Part shown: piece after piece, positions 10,634 to 20,993 of the stretch
How the letters are laid out: each line of letters starts with the position of its first letter
Numbering within the stretch: position 1 is the stretch's first letter
Origin: Gemmatimonas sp.
Lineage (GTDB): Bacteria > Gemmatimonadota > Gemmatimonadetes > Gemmatimonadales > Gemmatimonadaceae
Direction of reading: 5' to 3'
Length of the DNA: 64,000 bases
Assembly (NCBI GenBank): GCA_031414535.1
Contig: JANNVQ010000014.1
Coordinates: 192,001-256,000, forward strand
Position numbers and translations under genes: made by a program
Notes under the pieces: model-generated
The model's database searches: none
What the model was told of the DNA's origin: nothing
Seen by the model: only the letters and a program-made list of their open reading frames with translations

Positions 10634-10646
10634 GCGGATCTATTGA

Positions 10647-13600
10647 ATGTCTGAGCCACGGGAACTGCAGGGCAACGAAATCGCCATCGTCGGCATGGCG
10701 GGACGCTTTCCAGGCGCGCGCAGCTTGGCGGAGTTCTGGCGCAACCTCGAGGGCGGCGTCGAGTGCATCCGCATGCTGAGTGACGAAGAGCTGCGGGCAG
10801 CGGGAGTGTCGGAGCGTCAGCTCGCCGACCCCAACTACGTGCGCGCCGCGGCCATCCTCGACGACATGGAGAGCTGGGACGCCCCGTTCTGGGGATTCAC
10901 ACCGCTCGACGCGAGCATCATGGATCCGCAGCATCGCCTGTTCCTGGAATGCGCGTGGGAGGCATTCGAGGACGCCGGTCACGCGCCCGAACAGTTCGCT
11001 GGCGCGATTGGCGTATTCGCAGGCTGCGGCATGCAGGCCTACATGTCGTACAACCTGCTGCCCAACAAGAAGCTGATGGACAGCACGGGACTCTTTCTCG
11101 TGCGCCACACCGGCAACGAGAAGGACTTCCTCGCGACCCGCGTCTCGTACCAGATGAACCTGCGCGGCCCCAGCGTGAGCGTGCAGACGGCCTGCTCCAC
11201 CTCGCTGGTCGCGTTGCATCAAGCTTCGCAGAGCCTGCTCAGCGGCGAGTGCGACATGGCCATCGCCGGTGGCGTGACGATCGAGATGCCGCATCGCGTG
11301 GGCTACACGTACAAGGAGAACGAGATCCTCTCGCCGGACGGCCATTGCCGCGCTTTCGACGCCGAGTCCAAGGGCACGGTGTTCGGCTCTGGCGCGGGCG
11401 CCGTGGTGCTGCGTCGCCTTGAGGACGCGCTGCGTGATGGCGATCGCATTCACGCCGTGGTGCTCGGCTCGGCCATCAACAACGACGGTTCCAACAAGGT
11501 CGGATATCTCGCGCCGTCCGTGGATGGGCAGTCGGCGAGCATCGTCGAGGCGCTTGGCGTCGCGAACGTATCGCCCGACAGCATCAGCTACGTAGAGACG
11601 CACGGCACGGGCACGCCCGTCGGTGATCCCATCGAAGTCACGGCGCTCACCCAAGCCTTTCGTACGGGCACGGACCGTACGGGCTTCTGCGGCATCGGCT
11701 CGCTCAAGACCAGCATCGGGCACCTCGACACCGCCGCCGGTGTGGCGAGCCTCATCAAGACCGTGCTGGCCATGGCGCACCGCAAGCTGCCGCCGAGCCT
11801 CAACTTCACGGCGCCGAATCCCGCCATCGACTTTGCCGCGAGCCCGTTCTATGTGAACGCCTCGCTCAAGGACTGGAACGCTGAGCCGCGCCGTGCTGGC
11901 GTGAGCTCACTTGGCGTGGGTGGCACCAACGCGCATGTCATCGTCGAAGAGCCGCCAGTCGCCACGCCCTCGGGCCCTTCGCGTCCTTGGCAGCTCCTCA
12001 ACGTGTCCGCGCGCACGCGCACGGCACTGGATGTCGCGAGCGCCAATCTCGCGGACCATCTCGATGCCAATCGCGAGTTGCCGCTCGCCGATGCCGCGTT
12101 CACCCTGAGCACCGGACGTCAAGCGCTCAAGGAGCGGCGCATCGTGGCCGCCCGCACGCACGAGGAAGCACGCCGTTTGCTCGATGCGAACGAGAAGGAG
12201 CGCGTGTTCTCCGACACCGCGTCGGATCGCGCACAGGCGGCATTCCTGTTTGCCGGCGGTGGCGCGCAGTATGCGGGAATGGGCGCTGAGCTCTACGCGG
12301 CTGAGCCCGTCTACAAGCGGGCGGTGGATGAATGCCTGCAGCAGCTCGATGCGGACATCGCGCGCGAAGTACGAGCGTTGCTGCTGCCCGCCGCTGGAAC
12401 CGAAGCCGAAGGCTCGGCCCGACTCGAGCGCCCCTCGCTCGCCTTGCCGGCGCTCTTCAGCACGCAGTACGCGATGGCCAAGCTGCTGGAGTCCTGGGGC
12501 ATTGTCCCGGAATCGATGATCGGCCATTCGATGGGCGAGTACACGGCCGCGCATCTCGCGGGCGTCTTCTCGTTGAAGGACGCACTGCGTCTCGTGGCGC
12601 TCCGTGGTCGCCTGTTTGAAACGGTGCCTGCAGGTGCAATGCTCAGCGTACCGCTCTCCGAAGCTGAGTTGCGCCCCCTGCTCGGTACCGAACTCAGCAT
12701 CGCCGCCGTGAACGCGCCCCAGCTCTGCGTGGCGTCCGGACCTGTTGCAGCGATTGACGCGCTGGCCGCTGCGCTGGCGTCCAAGGAAATTGATGCCAAG
12801 AAGCTGCACATCGCCGTGGCTGCACACTCGGCGATGCTGGAGCCCATCCTGAAGGAGTTCGGCGACTTCTTCCGCACCATCAAGATGAGTGCGCCAAAGC
12901 GGCCGTTCGTCTCCAATGAGTCGGGCACTTGGATTACCAAGGAGCAGGCGACGGACCCAGAGTATTGGGTGCGCCACCTACGCAATACCGTACGCTTCGC
13001 CGACGGCGTCGCCGAACTCGTGCGCGATTCCGCGCGCGTGCTCGTGGAAGTCGGTCCGGGACGCGTACTCGCCACGCTGGCCCGTCAGCACCCCGACCGT
13101 CAGCAGTCGCAGTTAGTGATGACCACGATGCGTTCGTTCAGCGACGAAGGGGCGGACCTTCAGTTCGCACTCACCGCACTCGGTCGGCTCTGGGCGCGCG
13201 GCCTCAAGCCCGATTGGTCTGCCTACTGGAGCGATGAATCGCGTCGCCGGGTGTCGCTGCCGACCTATCCCTGGGAGCGTCAGCGGCACTGGATTGACGC
13301 ACCCGTCGCCGGCGCGAACGCCGAGCCTGACGAATCCCGCCGCACGCGCGTCGAGGATTGGCTGGCACGGCCCTCGTGGAAGCAGACACTTCCGCCATCG
13401 CCGATCACGGCCAAGGATGGGCGCGTGCTGGTGTTCGCCGACGAGACGGGCTTCAGCGATCTCTTGGCGGAACAGCTCCGCGCCGCCGGCCGTACGGTCC
13501 GCCGCGTCGTCGCGGGCAATGCGTATGGGCAGAATGCGGACGGCGGCTTCACCGTCCGTGCCGGCGCCATGGAAGACCACGGCAAGATGCTTGCGGCCCT

Positions 13601-16400
13601 CGTGGCCGAGGGCGGGACGCCTGAGCACGTGGTGTTCGCATGGGGCATCACCTCAAGCGGTGTCAGCGCTGAGCAAATCACGGAGCGTGGTTTCCACGGT
13701 CTCCTCGCCTTCGCTCAGGCACTCGCCAGCGAGGATCCCGACGCACACATCACGCTCGACCTGCTGACCAACGACTTGCAACGCGTCGGTGACAGCGACG
13801 GCCTCGAGCCGGCCAAGGCGCTCTTGCTTGGCCCCACTCGCGTGATGCCACGCGAGTACACGAATCTGCGCAGCCGTGCGATTGACCTGCGCTTGCCGCA
13901 GGCCGCGCCATCGCGCACCCGCCTTTCATCGCTTGTGGCCCGCGAAATTCTGAGCGAGCCCCTCGAGGAAACCCTAGCCTTCCGCGGTGGCGATCGCTTT
14001 GTGCAAACGCTCGAGCCCATGCCTGCAGTGGGTGAGTCGCCCGCGCTTCGCGAAGGCGGCGTGTATCTGATCACCGGTGGCTTGGGTGGCATCGGCTTCG
14101 CGCTGGCCGAGCATCTCGCCAAGTCGGTACGAGCGAAACTTGTTCTCGTAGGCCGCGGCGCAACCGGAGCGCGCAGCAAGAGCAAGATTGCCGCCCTCGA
14201 GGCCTTGGGCGCTCAGGTAGAAGTCGTGCAGGCGGACATCACGCGTGCCGATCAGGCTCGCTCTGCTGTCGAAGCTGCCGCTCGTCGCTTTGGCGCGCTC
14301 CACGGTGTCTTCCACGCAGCCGGCACGCTCGGCGATTCTCTTATTGCACTCAAGACCCAAGAAGACGCCGAGCGCGTGCTCGCACCGAAGGTGCGAGGCA
14401 CACTGAATCTCGATGCCGCGGTGGAAGGTCTCACGCTTGATGTATTCGTGTGCTTCTCGTCTATCTCGGCCGTGGCCGGACTCGCGGGCCAAGCGGACTA
14501 TGCGGCGGCGAACGCTTTTCTTGATGCGTTTGCTGCGGCGCGCAGCCTCCGCACGGGCCAGCGCACCGTGGCCATTGGATGGAGCGCCTGGAAGGACGTC
14601 GGTATGGCGGCAGCAATCGCCAGTGGCGCAGGAGCAGGCGGCGGAGTTGGCGAGCGCGTGCATCCGGTCCTTGGCACGCGCATCTGGGCCAGCGCCGAAG
14701 AGGAGCTCTTTGGCGGCGAGCTCGGCAACAACACGCACTGGATGCTCGAGGAGCATCGTCTGCGCGGCGGCCGTGCACTGATTCCCGGCACCGGCTATCT
14801 GGAAATCGCACGCGCGGCCGTCGAAGCACGCAGTGGGAGTGGCGCGGTGGAACTGCGCGACGTGGCCTTTATGTCGCCGTTCGTCGTCGAGGACAACACG
14901 CCGCGTGAGATGCGTGTGCACTTGGGCCACGGTGCCGGCAACACGCTGGTGATCGCCGGCCGCACCACCGCGGAGGACGGCAGCGTGCGTTGGCAGGAGC
15001 ATGTGACGGCGCAGGCGAGCTGGGTGGATGCGGAGGCACCGGCGCCACTGGACCTCGCCGGCATCCAATCGCGCTGCACCGCGCGCACGCAATCATTCAC
15101 GGGAAAGGAAGAGAATCCACACCTCGACTTTGGTCCGCGCTGGAAGAATCTGCGCGAGATCCGATACGGCAAGGACGAAGCCCTCGGCACGCTCGAGCTA
15201 CCGGCAGCGTTCCACGCCGACCTCGAGGAGTATCGGCTGCATCCTGCGATGATGGATATGGCCACGGCCTGCGCCGAATCACTCGTACCAGGCTTTGACG
15301 AAGCGAGCGACTTCTACGTGCCGCTTTCCTACACGCGGCTCACGATGTTCGCGCCGTTGCCCGCCCGCATCCACACGCACGTACGCTTGGCCCCGAGCGA
15401 CTTCGATCCTAAGGAGATCGTGGTGTTCGACGTCACGATCACCGACGATAGCGGTCGGGTGTTGGTGGACATCGGCGAGTTCATGATGACGCGCGTGACG
15501 GACACGGCACAGTTGCAGGATGTGGGCACGCGTACGTCTGCACGGCGCACGCATGTGCACTTGGAGCCGCCCGCGCAGGCCACTGAACAGCCAGCGCTCG
15601 TGCAAGGCCTCGAAGATGCCATTGGTACGGCCGAGGGCATGCGCGCCATTGAATGCATTCTCGCTGGACCCGATGTACCGCTGGTCTACGCCACGCCGAT
15701 GGACGTGCGGCATCTCTTGGTCGAACTGCGTAGCGCGATGATGCCTTCGCGGCCCGCGGCGACACCGGCCCTGCCGACGCCAACACTACCGCTGCACGAA
15801 ATTGAAGCGGTGCTCTCCACGCACGAGGTAGTCAGCCAGTGCGTGGTGCTGCAGCGCATGAATCGTCCGGGTGAATTGAAGCTCGTGGCCTACGTGGTCT
15901 TTGCGCCGGGCGAGAGCGCCACCGTCTCGGACCTGCGCCGCTTCCTCAAGTCGCGGTTGCCGGAGCACATGGTGCCGAGCACCTTCGTGGAGCAGGACGC
16001 CCTGCCGCTCAAGGTGGACGGCGCCGTGGACCGCGAGGCCCTGCCGGATCCCTTCGGCGCCGCCGACGACTACGTGGCGCCGCGCAGCGACACCGAGAAG
16101 CTCATCGCCGAGATCTGGAAGGAAGTGCTCGGCATCGGCCGCGTGAGTGTCTACGACAACTTCTTCGATGCCGGCGGCCACTCGTTGCTGGCCGTACGTG
16201 TGGTCACGCGCATTGACAAGAAACTTGGCGTGCGCCTCAACCAGGCCATCATGGTGCTGCAGACCCTCGAGCAGATTGCCGCGGAGTGCGACAAGCGCCG
16301 CGGCTCGCAGCCGGGATCGGCCACGCCCGACGCGCCGCCTGCACCAGAGAGCAGCGGTGGACTCGGCAAGAAGCTCTTCAACGCCCTGAGGGGTAAGTGA
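10647..16400 (+). CDS. Type I PKS: KS-AT-KR(with DH inserted)-vestigial A-subdomain-carrier protein; no TE
   Basis: KS TACSTS/ETHGTGT/IGHLD; AT GHSMG...VAAHS; KR ITGGLGGIG...YAAAN; DH HRLRGGRALIP...HPAMMD; carrier AGGHSLL. Confidence 0.93.
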   Translation: MSEPRELQGNEIAIVGMAGRFPGARSLAEFWRNLEGGVECIRMLSDEELRAAGVSERQLADPNYVRAAAILDDMESWDAPFWGFTPLDASIMDPQHRLFLECAWEAFEDAGHAPEQFAGAIGVFAGCGMQAYMSYNLLPNKKLMDSTGLFLVRHTGNEKDFLATRVSYQMNLRGPSVSVQTACSTSLVALHQASQSLLSGECDMAIAGGVTIEMPHRVGYTYKENEILSPDGHCRAFDAESKGTVFGSGAGAVVLRRLEDALRDGDRIHAVVLGSAINNDGSNKVGYLAPSVDGQSASIVEALGVANVSPDSISYVETHGTGTPVGDPIEVTALTQAFRTGTDRTGFCGIGSLKTSIGHLDTAAGVASLIKTVLAMAHRKLPPSLNFTAPNPAIDFAASPFYVNASLKDWNAEPRRAGVSSLGVGGTNAHVIVEEPPVATPSGPSRPWQLLNVSARTRTALDVASANLADHLDANRELPLADAAFTLSTGRQALKERRIVAARTHEEARRLLDANEKERVFSDTASDRAQAAFLFAGGGAQYAGMGAELYAAEPVYKRAVDECLQQLDADIAREVRALLLPAAGTEAEGSARLERPSLALPALFSTQYAMAKLLESWGIVPESMIGHSMGEYTAAHLAGVFSLKDALRLVALRGRLFETVPAGAMLSVPLSEAELRPLLGTELSIAAVNAPQLCVASGPVAAIDALAAALASKEIDAKKLHIAVAAHSAMLEPILKEFGDFFRTIKMSAPKRPFVSNESGTWITKEQATDPEYWVRHLRNTVRFADGVAELVRDSARVLVEVGPGRVLATLARQHPDRQQSQLVMTTMRSFSDEGADLQFALTALGRLWARGLKPDWSAYWSDESRRRVSLPTYPWERQRHWIDAPVAGANAEPDESRRTRVEDWLARPSWKQTLPPSPITAKDGRVLVFADETGFSDLLAEQLRAAGRTVRRVVAGNAYGQNADGGFTVRAGAMEDHGKMLAALVAEGGTPEHVVFAWGITSSGVSAEQITERGFHGLLAFAQALASEDPDAHITLDLLTNDLQRVGDSDGLEPAKALLLGPTRVMPREYTNLRSRAIDLRLPQAAPSRTRLSSLVAREILSEPLEETLAFRGGDRFVQTLEPMPAVGESPALREGGVYLITGGLGGIGFALAEHLAKSVRAKLVLVGRGATGARSKSKIAALEALGAQVEVVQADITRADQARSAVEAAARRFGALHGVFHAAGTLGDSLIALKTQEDAERVLAPKVRGTLNLDAAVEGLTLDVFVCFSSISAVAGLAGQADYAAANAFLDAFAAARSLRTGQRTVAIGWSAWKDVGMAAAIASGAGAGGGVGERVHPVLGTRIWASAEEELFGGELGNNTHWMLEEHRLRGGRALIPGTGYLEIARAAVEARSGSGAVELRDVAFMSPFVVEDNTPREMRVHLGHGAGNTLVIAGRTTAEDGSVRWQEHVTAQASWVDAEAPAPLDLAGIQSRCTARTQSFTGKEENPHLDFGPRWKNLREIRYGKDEALGTLELPAAFHADLEEYRLHPAMMDMATACAESLVPGFDEASDFYVPLSYTRLTMFAPLPARIHTHVRLAPSDFDPKEIVVFDVTITDDSGRVLVDIGEFMMTRVTDTAQLQDVGTRTSARRTHVHLEPPAQATEQPALVQGLEDAIGTAEGMRAIECILAGPDVPLVYATPMDVRHLLVELRSAMMPSRPAATPALPTPTLPLHEIEAVLSTHEVVSQCVVLQRMNRPGELKLVAYVVFAPGESATVSDLRRFLKSRLPEHMVPSTFVEQDALPLKVDGAVDREALPDPFGAADDYVAPRSDTEKLIAEIWKEVLGIGRVSVYDNFFDAGGHSLLAVRVVTRIDKKLGVRLNQAIMVLQTLEQIAAECDKRRGSQPGSATPDAPPAPESSGGLGKKLFNALRGK

Positions 16401-17179
16401 ACCCGATTTTCTTCGGCCGCGCACCGCGGTCGCTGTTTGGTGTCTACCATCCACCCAAGGCCGCGCAGGCGCGCGCTACGGGCGTGGTGCTGTGCTATCC
16501 GTTTGGGCAGGAGTACATGCGCGCGCACCGCGCATACCGGCAGATGGCGCTGCTGCTGAGCAAGGCGGGCTTCCACGTGATGCGCTTTGACTACTACGGC
16601 ACGGGTGATTCCAGTGGCGATGCCGTGGATGCCTCGCTCACGCAGTGGGTCGAAGACGCACGCAGCGCAGCGGACGAGTTGAAGGAGACCGCCGAGATCA
16701 AGCGCGTCGCCTTCGTTGGCCTGCGCTTGGGTGCTGCCGTTGCTGCACTCGCCGCAGAGGGCCGCGACGACGTGGACCAAGTGGCCCTTTGGGATCCGGC
16801 AGTCACGGGTGCAGCGTATCTCGCCGAGATTACGGAGCAGCGCACGGATTCGGTGGGCAACTCGCGGCACTCCACCAGTGAAGGCGGTTTGGTGGGCGTG
16901 CTCGGATTTCCCATTACCGACGCGCTCCGAAAGGACCTCGGGGCGATGGATTTGCGTGAGGTCGGCGCGCCAAAGGGGAGCGGGCGACTTATCGTCGCCG
17001 CACATGAGCGTGAGGAGTACAGCGCGCTCGGCAACTTGCCCGTGGACGGCGTACGAGTGAAGTATCAGGTGGTGCCCAGCGAGGGCAATTGGAATGAAGT
17101 GGACGACTACGGCGGTGCCCTGATTCCGGTGTTCCTGATTCAGGCCATCGTTGCGCACCTTTCGCAGGAGATTCGATGA
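16397..17179 (+). CDS. Alpha/beta hydrolase fold protein, exosortase-A-associated hydrolase 2-like (no catalytic Ser)
   Basis: PFGQEY, RFDYYGTGDS, nucleophile elbow GLRLG. Confidence 0.8.
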   Translation: MNPIFFGRAPRSLFGVYHPPKAAQARATGVVLCYPFGQEYMRAHRAYRQMALLLSKAGFHVMRFDYYGTGDSSGDAVDASLTQWVEDARSAADELKETAEIKRVAFVGLRLGAAVAALAAEGRDDVDQVALWDPAVTGAAYLAEITEQRTDSVGNSRHSTSEGGLVGVLGFPITDALRKDLGAMDLREVGAPKGSGRLIVAAHEREEYSALGNLPVDGVRVKYQVVPSEGNWNEVDDYGGALIPVFLIQAIVAHLSQEIR

Positions 17180-18126
17180 CCGCTGTTACGTATGGAAGAG
17201 AGAAGGCGCTGCGCTTTGGCTCGGGCTCGTCCCTCGTGGGCGTGCTCACGGAAGCGGCGGCCGGCAGCGCGGCGGCGGGCCGCCCCGGCGTCATCTTCCT
17301 GAACTCCGGCATCCTGCACCGCGTGGGCTCGTGCCGCCTCCATGTGCGTTTGGCTCGCGCCATGAGCGCGGCGGGTTTCCATGCGCTGCGCTTTGACTAT
17401 TCGGGCATCGGCGACAGCGACCAGCGTCGCGATTCGCTGCCCTTCGAGGAGAGCGCCGTGCTCGAGACGAAGGAGGCGATGGATTACCTCGCCAAAGCCA
17501 AGGGCGCGCAGAAGTTCATCCTCATTGGCCTTTGCTCCGGCGCCGACATGGCGCATGAGACCGCGCTGCGCGACGAGCGTGTGGCCGGGTTGATGCTCTT
17601 GGATGCCTGGGCGTATCGGAACCCTGGCTACTACATGCATCACTATGGCCCCAAGCTCTTCAACGTGAACGTGTGGCGGAACTCGATTGGCATTCGATTG
17701 AAGATGCTCCGCGGCAGCGACAACGACACGCGGGTCTGCATCCCGGGCTCCGAAGGTGTGGAATACGACGTGCCAAAGTACGTGCGTGTCTTTCCGCCCA
17801 AGGAGCGCATCGGTGCTGATCTGCGTGCCTTCGTCAAGCGTGGCGTCGAGATGCGCTTCGTGTGGACGGGTGGCCTCGAGGAGTACAACCACGAGGGTCA
17901 GTACGCGTCCACGTTCCGCGACGTCGGCCTGGGCAAACTGTTCGAAGAAGCGTACATGCCCGACGCCGATCATATCCTGACGGGCCTCGAGCATCAGGAC
18001 CAGGTCATTGATCGCACCCTGCGCTGGGCCACGCAGCGCTGGCCTGCGCAGAACGCTGGCAAGCCGTCGGCCGCTGCCGCAGCCGCAGTGCCATCGGCAG
18101 TCGAACGTCCAGCATCCGTCGCGTAG
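17176..18126 (+). CDS. Alpha/beta hydrolase/acyltransferase, exosortase-A-associated hydrolase 1-like (Cys nucleophile)
   Basis: RFDYSGIGDS, GLCSGA elbow, C-terminal ADH. Confidence 0.8.
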   Translation: MTAVTYGREKALRFGSGSSLVGVLTEAAAGSAAAGRPGVIFLNSGILHRVGSCRLHVRLARAMSAAGFHALRFDYSGIGDSDQRRDSLPFEESAVLETKEAMDYLAKAKGAQKFILIGLCSGADMAHETALRDERVAGLMLLDAWAYRNPGYYMHHYGPKLFNVNVWRNSIGIRLKMLRGSDNDTRVCIPGSEGVEYDVPKYVRVFPPKERIGADLRAFVKRGVEMRFVWTGGLEEYNHEGQYASTFRDVGLGKLFEEAYMPDADHILTGLEHQDQVIDRTLRWATQRWPAQNAGKPSAAAAAAVPSAVERPASVA

Positions 18127-18128
18127 CG

Positions 18129-19397
18129 TTGCGTTCCGCCCGCACGTGGCTGGTTGCACTCTTTGCCGCCGTCGTGAGTGTCGCCTGCGGTGCCGAGGCG
18201 CCGCTCGCGCCATCTGAGCAAACAGCGGTAAGCGCGGCACCGGAGTTGACTTTGCTCAGATCGGCGCTCCGCTTGCGCGTGGACACGCTGGCGCGCGGCC
18301 TGAAGGTTCCGTGGGCCGTCGTCACGCTTCCCGACGGTCGCCTGCTCATCTCGGAGCGCGGCGGGCGGATTGTCGCGCTCGACACGTCCAGTGGACAACA
18401 GACCGAATGGGCGCGCCTCTCGGTGTACGCCGAAGATCCTGACTGGGGCCCCGAATCGGGTTTGCTCGGCCTCGCGCTCGCGCCGGACTTTGAGAAGTCC
18501 AAGCAGGTGTTCGCCATGGCCACGCGCTGGAAGAGCGCTGGCGATCGGGACGGCGCGCTGTTGCGTCGCGTGCAGCGCCGCGTCGCTGGACTGATGAAGC
18601 CCGAGTGGGGACTACCCTTCGAGAATCAGATCATCCGCCTCACCGAGCGCGATGGTATCGGGACGGATTCCGTGGTGATGGTGCGTAGACTTCCCGCCAA
18701 TCATTACCACGTCGGGGGCGGATTGGCCTTCGGTCCTGATGGCATGCTCTACGCGAGCGTCGGCGATGTCCTACATCCCAAGCTCGCGCTCAAGACGCGC
18801 TCCAGCGCAGGAAAGATCCTGCGGTATCGGCCCGATGGATCTGTGCCAGACGACAATCCGGACGCCGGCTCACCCGTGTGGGCCTCCGGACTTCGCAATA
18901 CGCAGGCCTTCGATTGGTTATCCGACGGCACCATGCTCGGCACAGACCACGGGCCCACGGGCATGACGCAGGAAGCGGGTCGCGCCGGCAATGATGAGTT
19001 AAACGTGCTCATACGCGCTGCCTCATACGGCTGGCCAGACATCGCGGGCCTTCAGTCAGCTGAACCGCATCGGCAACCCATCTGGCTCTGGCGCCAAGCA
19101 ATCGCTCCGGCCGGGATGTCCGTCTACCGCGGCTTTGATGCGCGCTGGGCGTCCAGTGTATTCGTGGCCGGCCTGCGAGGCGGCGTGGAGCGCATCGCGC
19201 TTGCTCGCGATGACTCAGGTGCCTGGAGAGTTGCTGCTCGCGAGTCGTTGGCCTTGCCGAGCCTTGGTAGAGTGCGCGGTGTGCGCTCGTTGGGCGACGG
19301 GTCACTACTCGTATTCACGAGTAATCGCGACGCCCGCGGGCAGGCCGGACCCAACGACGACTTACTCCTGCGCCTTGTGCCGATGGACCTCAATTGA
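18129..19397 (+). CDS. PQQ-dependent sugar (glucose/sorbosone) dehydrogenase-family lipoprotein
   Basis: Lipobox VACG; GLKVPW, GLLGLAL.PDF, H.GGGL.FGPDG.LY, GLRNTQ, DELN. Confidence 0.85.
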   Translation: MRSARTWLVALFAAVVSVACGAEAPLAPSEQTAVSAAPELTLLRSALRLRVDTLARGLKVPWAVVTLPDGRLLISERGGRIVALDTSSGQQTEWARLSVYAEDPDWGPESGLLGLALAPDFEKSKQVFAMATRWKSAGDRDGALLRRVQRRVAGLMKPEWGLPFENQIIRLTERDGIGTDSVVMVRRLPANHYHVGGGLAFGPDGMLYASVGDVLHPKLALKTRSSAGKILRYRPDGSVPDDNPDAGSPVWASGLRNTQAFDWLSDGTMLGTDHGPTGMTQEAGRAGNDELNVLIRAASYGWPDIAGLQSAEPHRQPIWLWRQAIAPAGMSVYRGFDARWASSVFVAGLRGGVERIALARDDSGAWRVAARESLALPSLGRVRGVRSLGDGSLLVFTSNRDARGQAGPNDDLLLRLVPMDLN

Positions 19398-19981
19398 TGC
19401 GCGCATTACGGCAATTGGCGAAGTATGTGCTGCGCACGCCCCAGCGCCTCCTGCATCCGCACCGGCGTCAGGCGGCAGAAGCGATGCTTCGCGCGGCTCC
19501 CGTCAACTCGGTGCTCGTGCTCTGTTTGGGCAACATCTGCCGCAGTCCCTACGCCGCGGCCCAATTGCGAGAGGCCTTGGGTCCGGCTTGGACAGGGCGC
19601 GTGGATTCCGCAGGCTTCGTTGGCCCAGGGCGCCCGTCGCCATGGGAGGCCGTGAATGTGGCCACGGAGCACGGCGTGGATTTGAGTGCGCATCGCTCAC
19701 GTACGGTAGTCGCCGAGGACATCACGCAGTTCGACCTCATCATCGTCATGGAAGCGGGGCAACACACCCGACTAAACAAGACCCTCAGCGCGTGCGCGCC
19801 ACGCGTGTTGGTGCTCGGCGATCTCGACCCGGAGCCAATCTCGCAGCGCACGATTGTTGATCCCTTTGGTCGCGGGCTAGGCGAGTTCCATTCAAGCTAC
19901 GCGCGCATCGATCGCTGCACCGCGCGCCTCGCAGCAGCAATCAGCGCGCTTCGCAGTACCGACCCGCGTCCGGCGCGCTGA
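19397..19981 (+). CDS. Low-molecular-weight protein-tyrosine phosphatase (Wzb-like)
   Basis: CLGNICRS P-loop and DP motif. Confidence 0.9.
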   Translation: MRALRQLAKYVLRTPQRLLHPHRRQAAEAMLRAAPVNSVLVLCLGNICRSPYAAAQLREALGPAWTGRVDSAGFVGPGRPSPWEAVNVATEHGVDLSAHRSRTVVAEDITQFDLIIVMEAGQHTRLNKTLSACAPRVLVLGDLDPEPISQRTIVDPFGRGLGEFHSSYARIDRCTARLAAAISALRSTDPRPAR

Positions 19982-20993
19982 GCAACGACTCCGCGAGCAC
20001 CTTGGCGGCAAGCGCGTAGCCGCGCGCTGATGCGTGGCCGTCGCGCGGCAAAAGGTATAAGATCGTGTCCGGCAGCCCCGACGAACGCAGCGGCGTGTGC
20101 AGGTCCACGTAGTGGTCGCCGCGGTCGCGGACCATGTCCTCAAACCAGCCGAACGTCGTGCGATTGCGATCCGCCAATGCATTGTGCGAAGGATACGCCG
20201 TGACGACGAGCGGAACGCCGAACTCGGCGGCGCGGGTTGCGAGAGCAGCGTATTGGTCGGCGTAGCGGCTCCGAAGCGAGTCAATGTCCGGTAGTGCGTG
20301 CTGACTGAGTGGAGCGTCGGCGCGACGACGACGCTCCACCGCGCCCATCCGTGTACGCGCGTCACGCAACAGAGACCAGAGCGCAAGGCGGCGCAGTACG
20401 GGGTACACCATGTTCATCGGGAACGCCGACTTCAGCTCGCGCGACTTGGCGAGTTGCTCCCAAAAGGTAGGCCGTCGCAGGTCCACAACATCGTTATCGT
20501 GGTGTACGAGGATGATGGCGTCAGGCTTCAATGGCAGCGCCCGTTCGAGGATGTCGCGCTGCGCGTCTATTGTGGAGCCGGGCAAGGCGAGGTTGAGCAC
20601 GCGCGAGTTGCGGCAACCCATCGCGAACTCCGCCTCAATCCGCGCTGGCAAGGTGGCGCTGTCGTCTACGAACTGCCCCCACGCGAAGGAATCACCGAGC
20701 ACGATGATTCGCCGCTCTCCTTCCGGTTTCTGCAGCCCAATCTCGGGTCCGCGAAAGCCTTGCTGGTTGATGCTCACGGCAAAGTGCAGTCCGCTGCGGC
20801 TGCGATCCACCCTGCTTTCGGCAGGAAAATGAACGCCCGGAAACTCGTCGAATCGGTCTTGATCAAGCGTGACGGCTGTGGGAGGGCTCGCAAGTCCGAG
20901 AACGCGCACGGCGAGCTCTCCTAGAGCGAGCGCGAACACGCTACCAATCACCGCGCCCAGAAGCAGGCGAACGAATCGGGGCCACTTCTTCAC
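19941..20993 (-). CDS. Membrane-anchored SGNH/GDSL hydrolase
   Basis: N-terminal TM, INQQGFRG, LGDSFAWG, HDND, DGH; GTG start overlaps the upstream stop. Confidence 0.85.
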   Translation of the reverse strand: MKKWPRFVRLLLGAVIGSVFALALGELAVRVLGLASPPTAVTLDQDRFDEFPGVHFPAESRVDRSRSGLHFAVSINQQGFRGPEIGLQKPEGERRIIVLGDSFAWGQFVDDSATLPARIEAEFAMGCRNSRVLNLALPGSTIDAQRDILERALPLKPDAIILVHHDNDVVDLRRPTFWEQLAKSRELKSAFPMNMVYPVLRRLALWSLLRDARTRMGAVERRRRADAPLSQHALPDIDSLRSRYADQYAALATRAAEFGVPLVVTAYPSHNALADRNRTTFGWFEDMVRDRGDHYVDLHTPLRSSGLPDTILYLLPRDGHASARGYALAAKVLAESLLSAPDAGRYCEAR

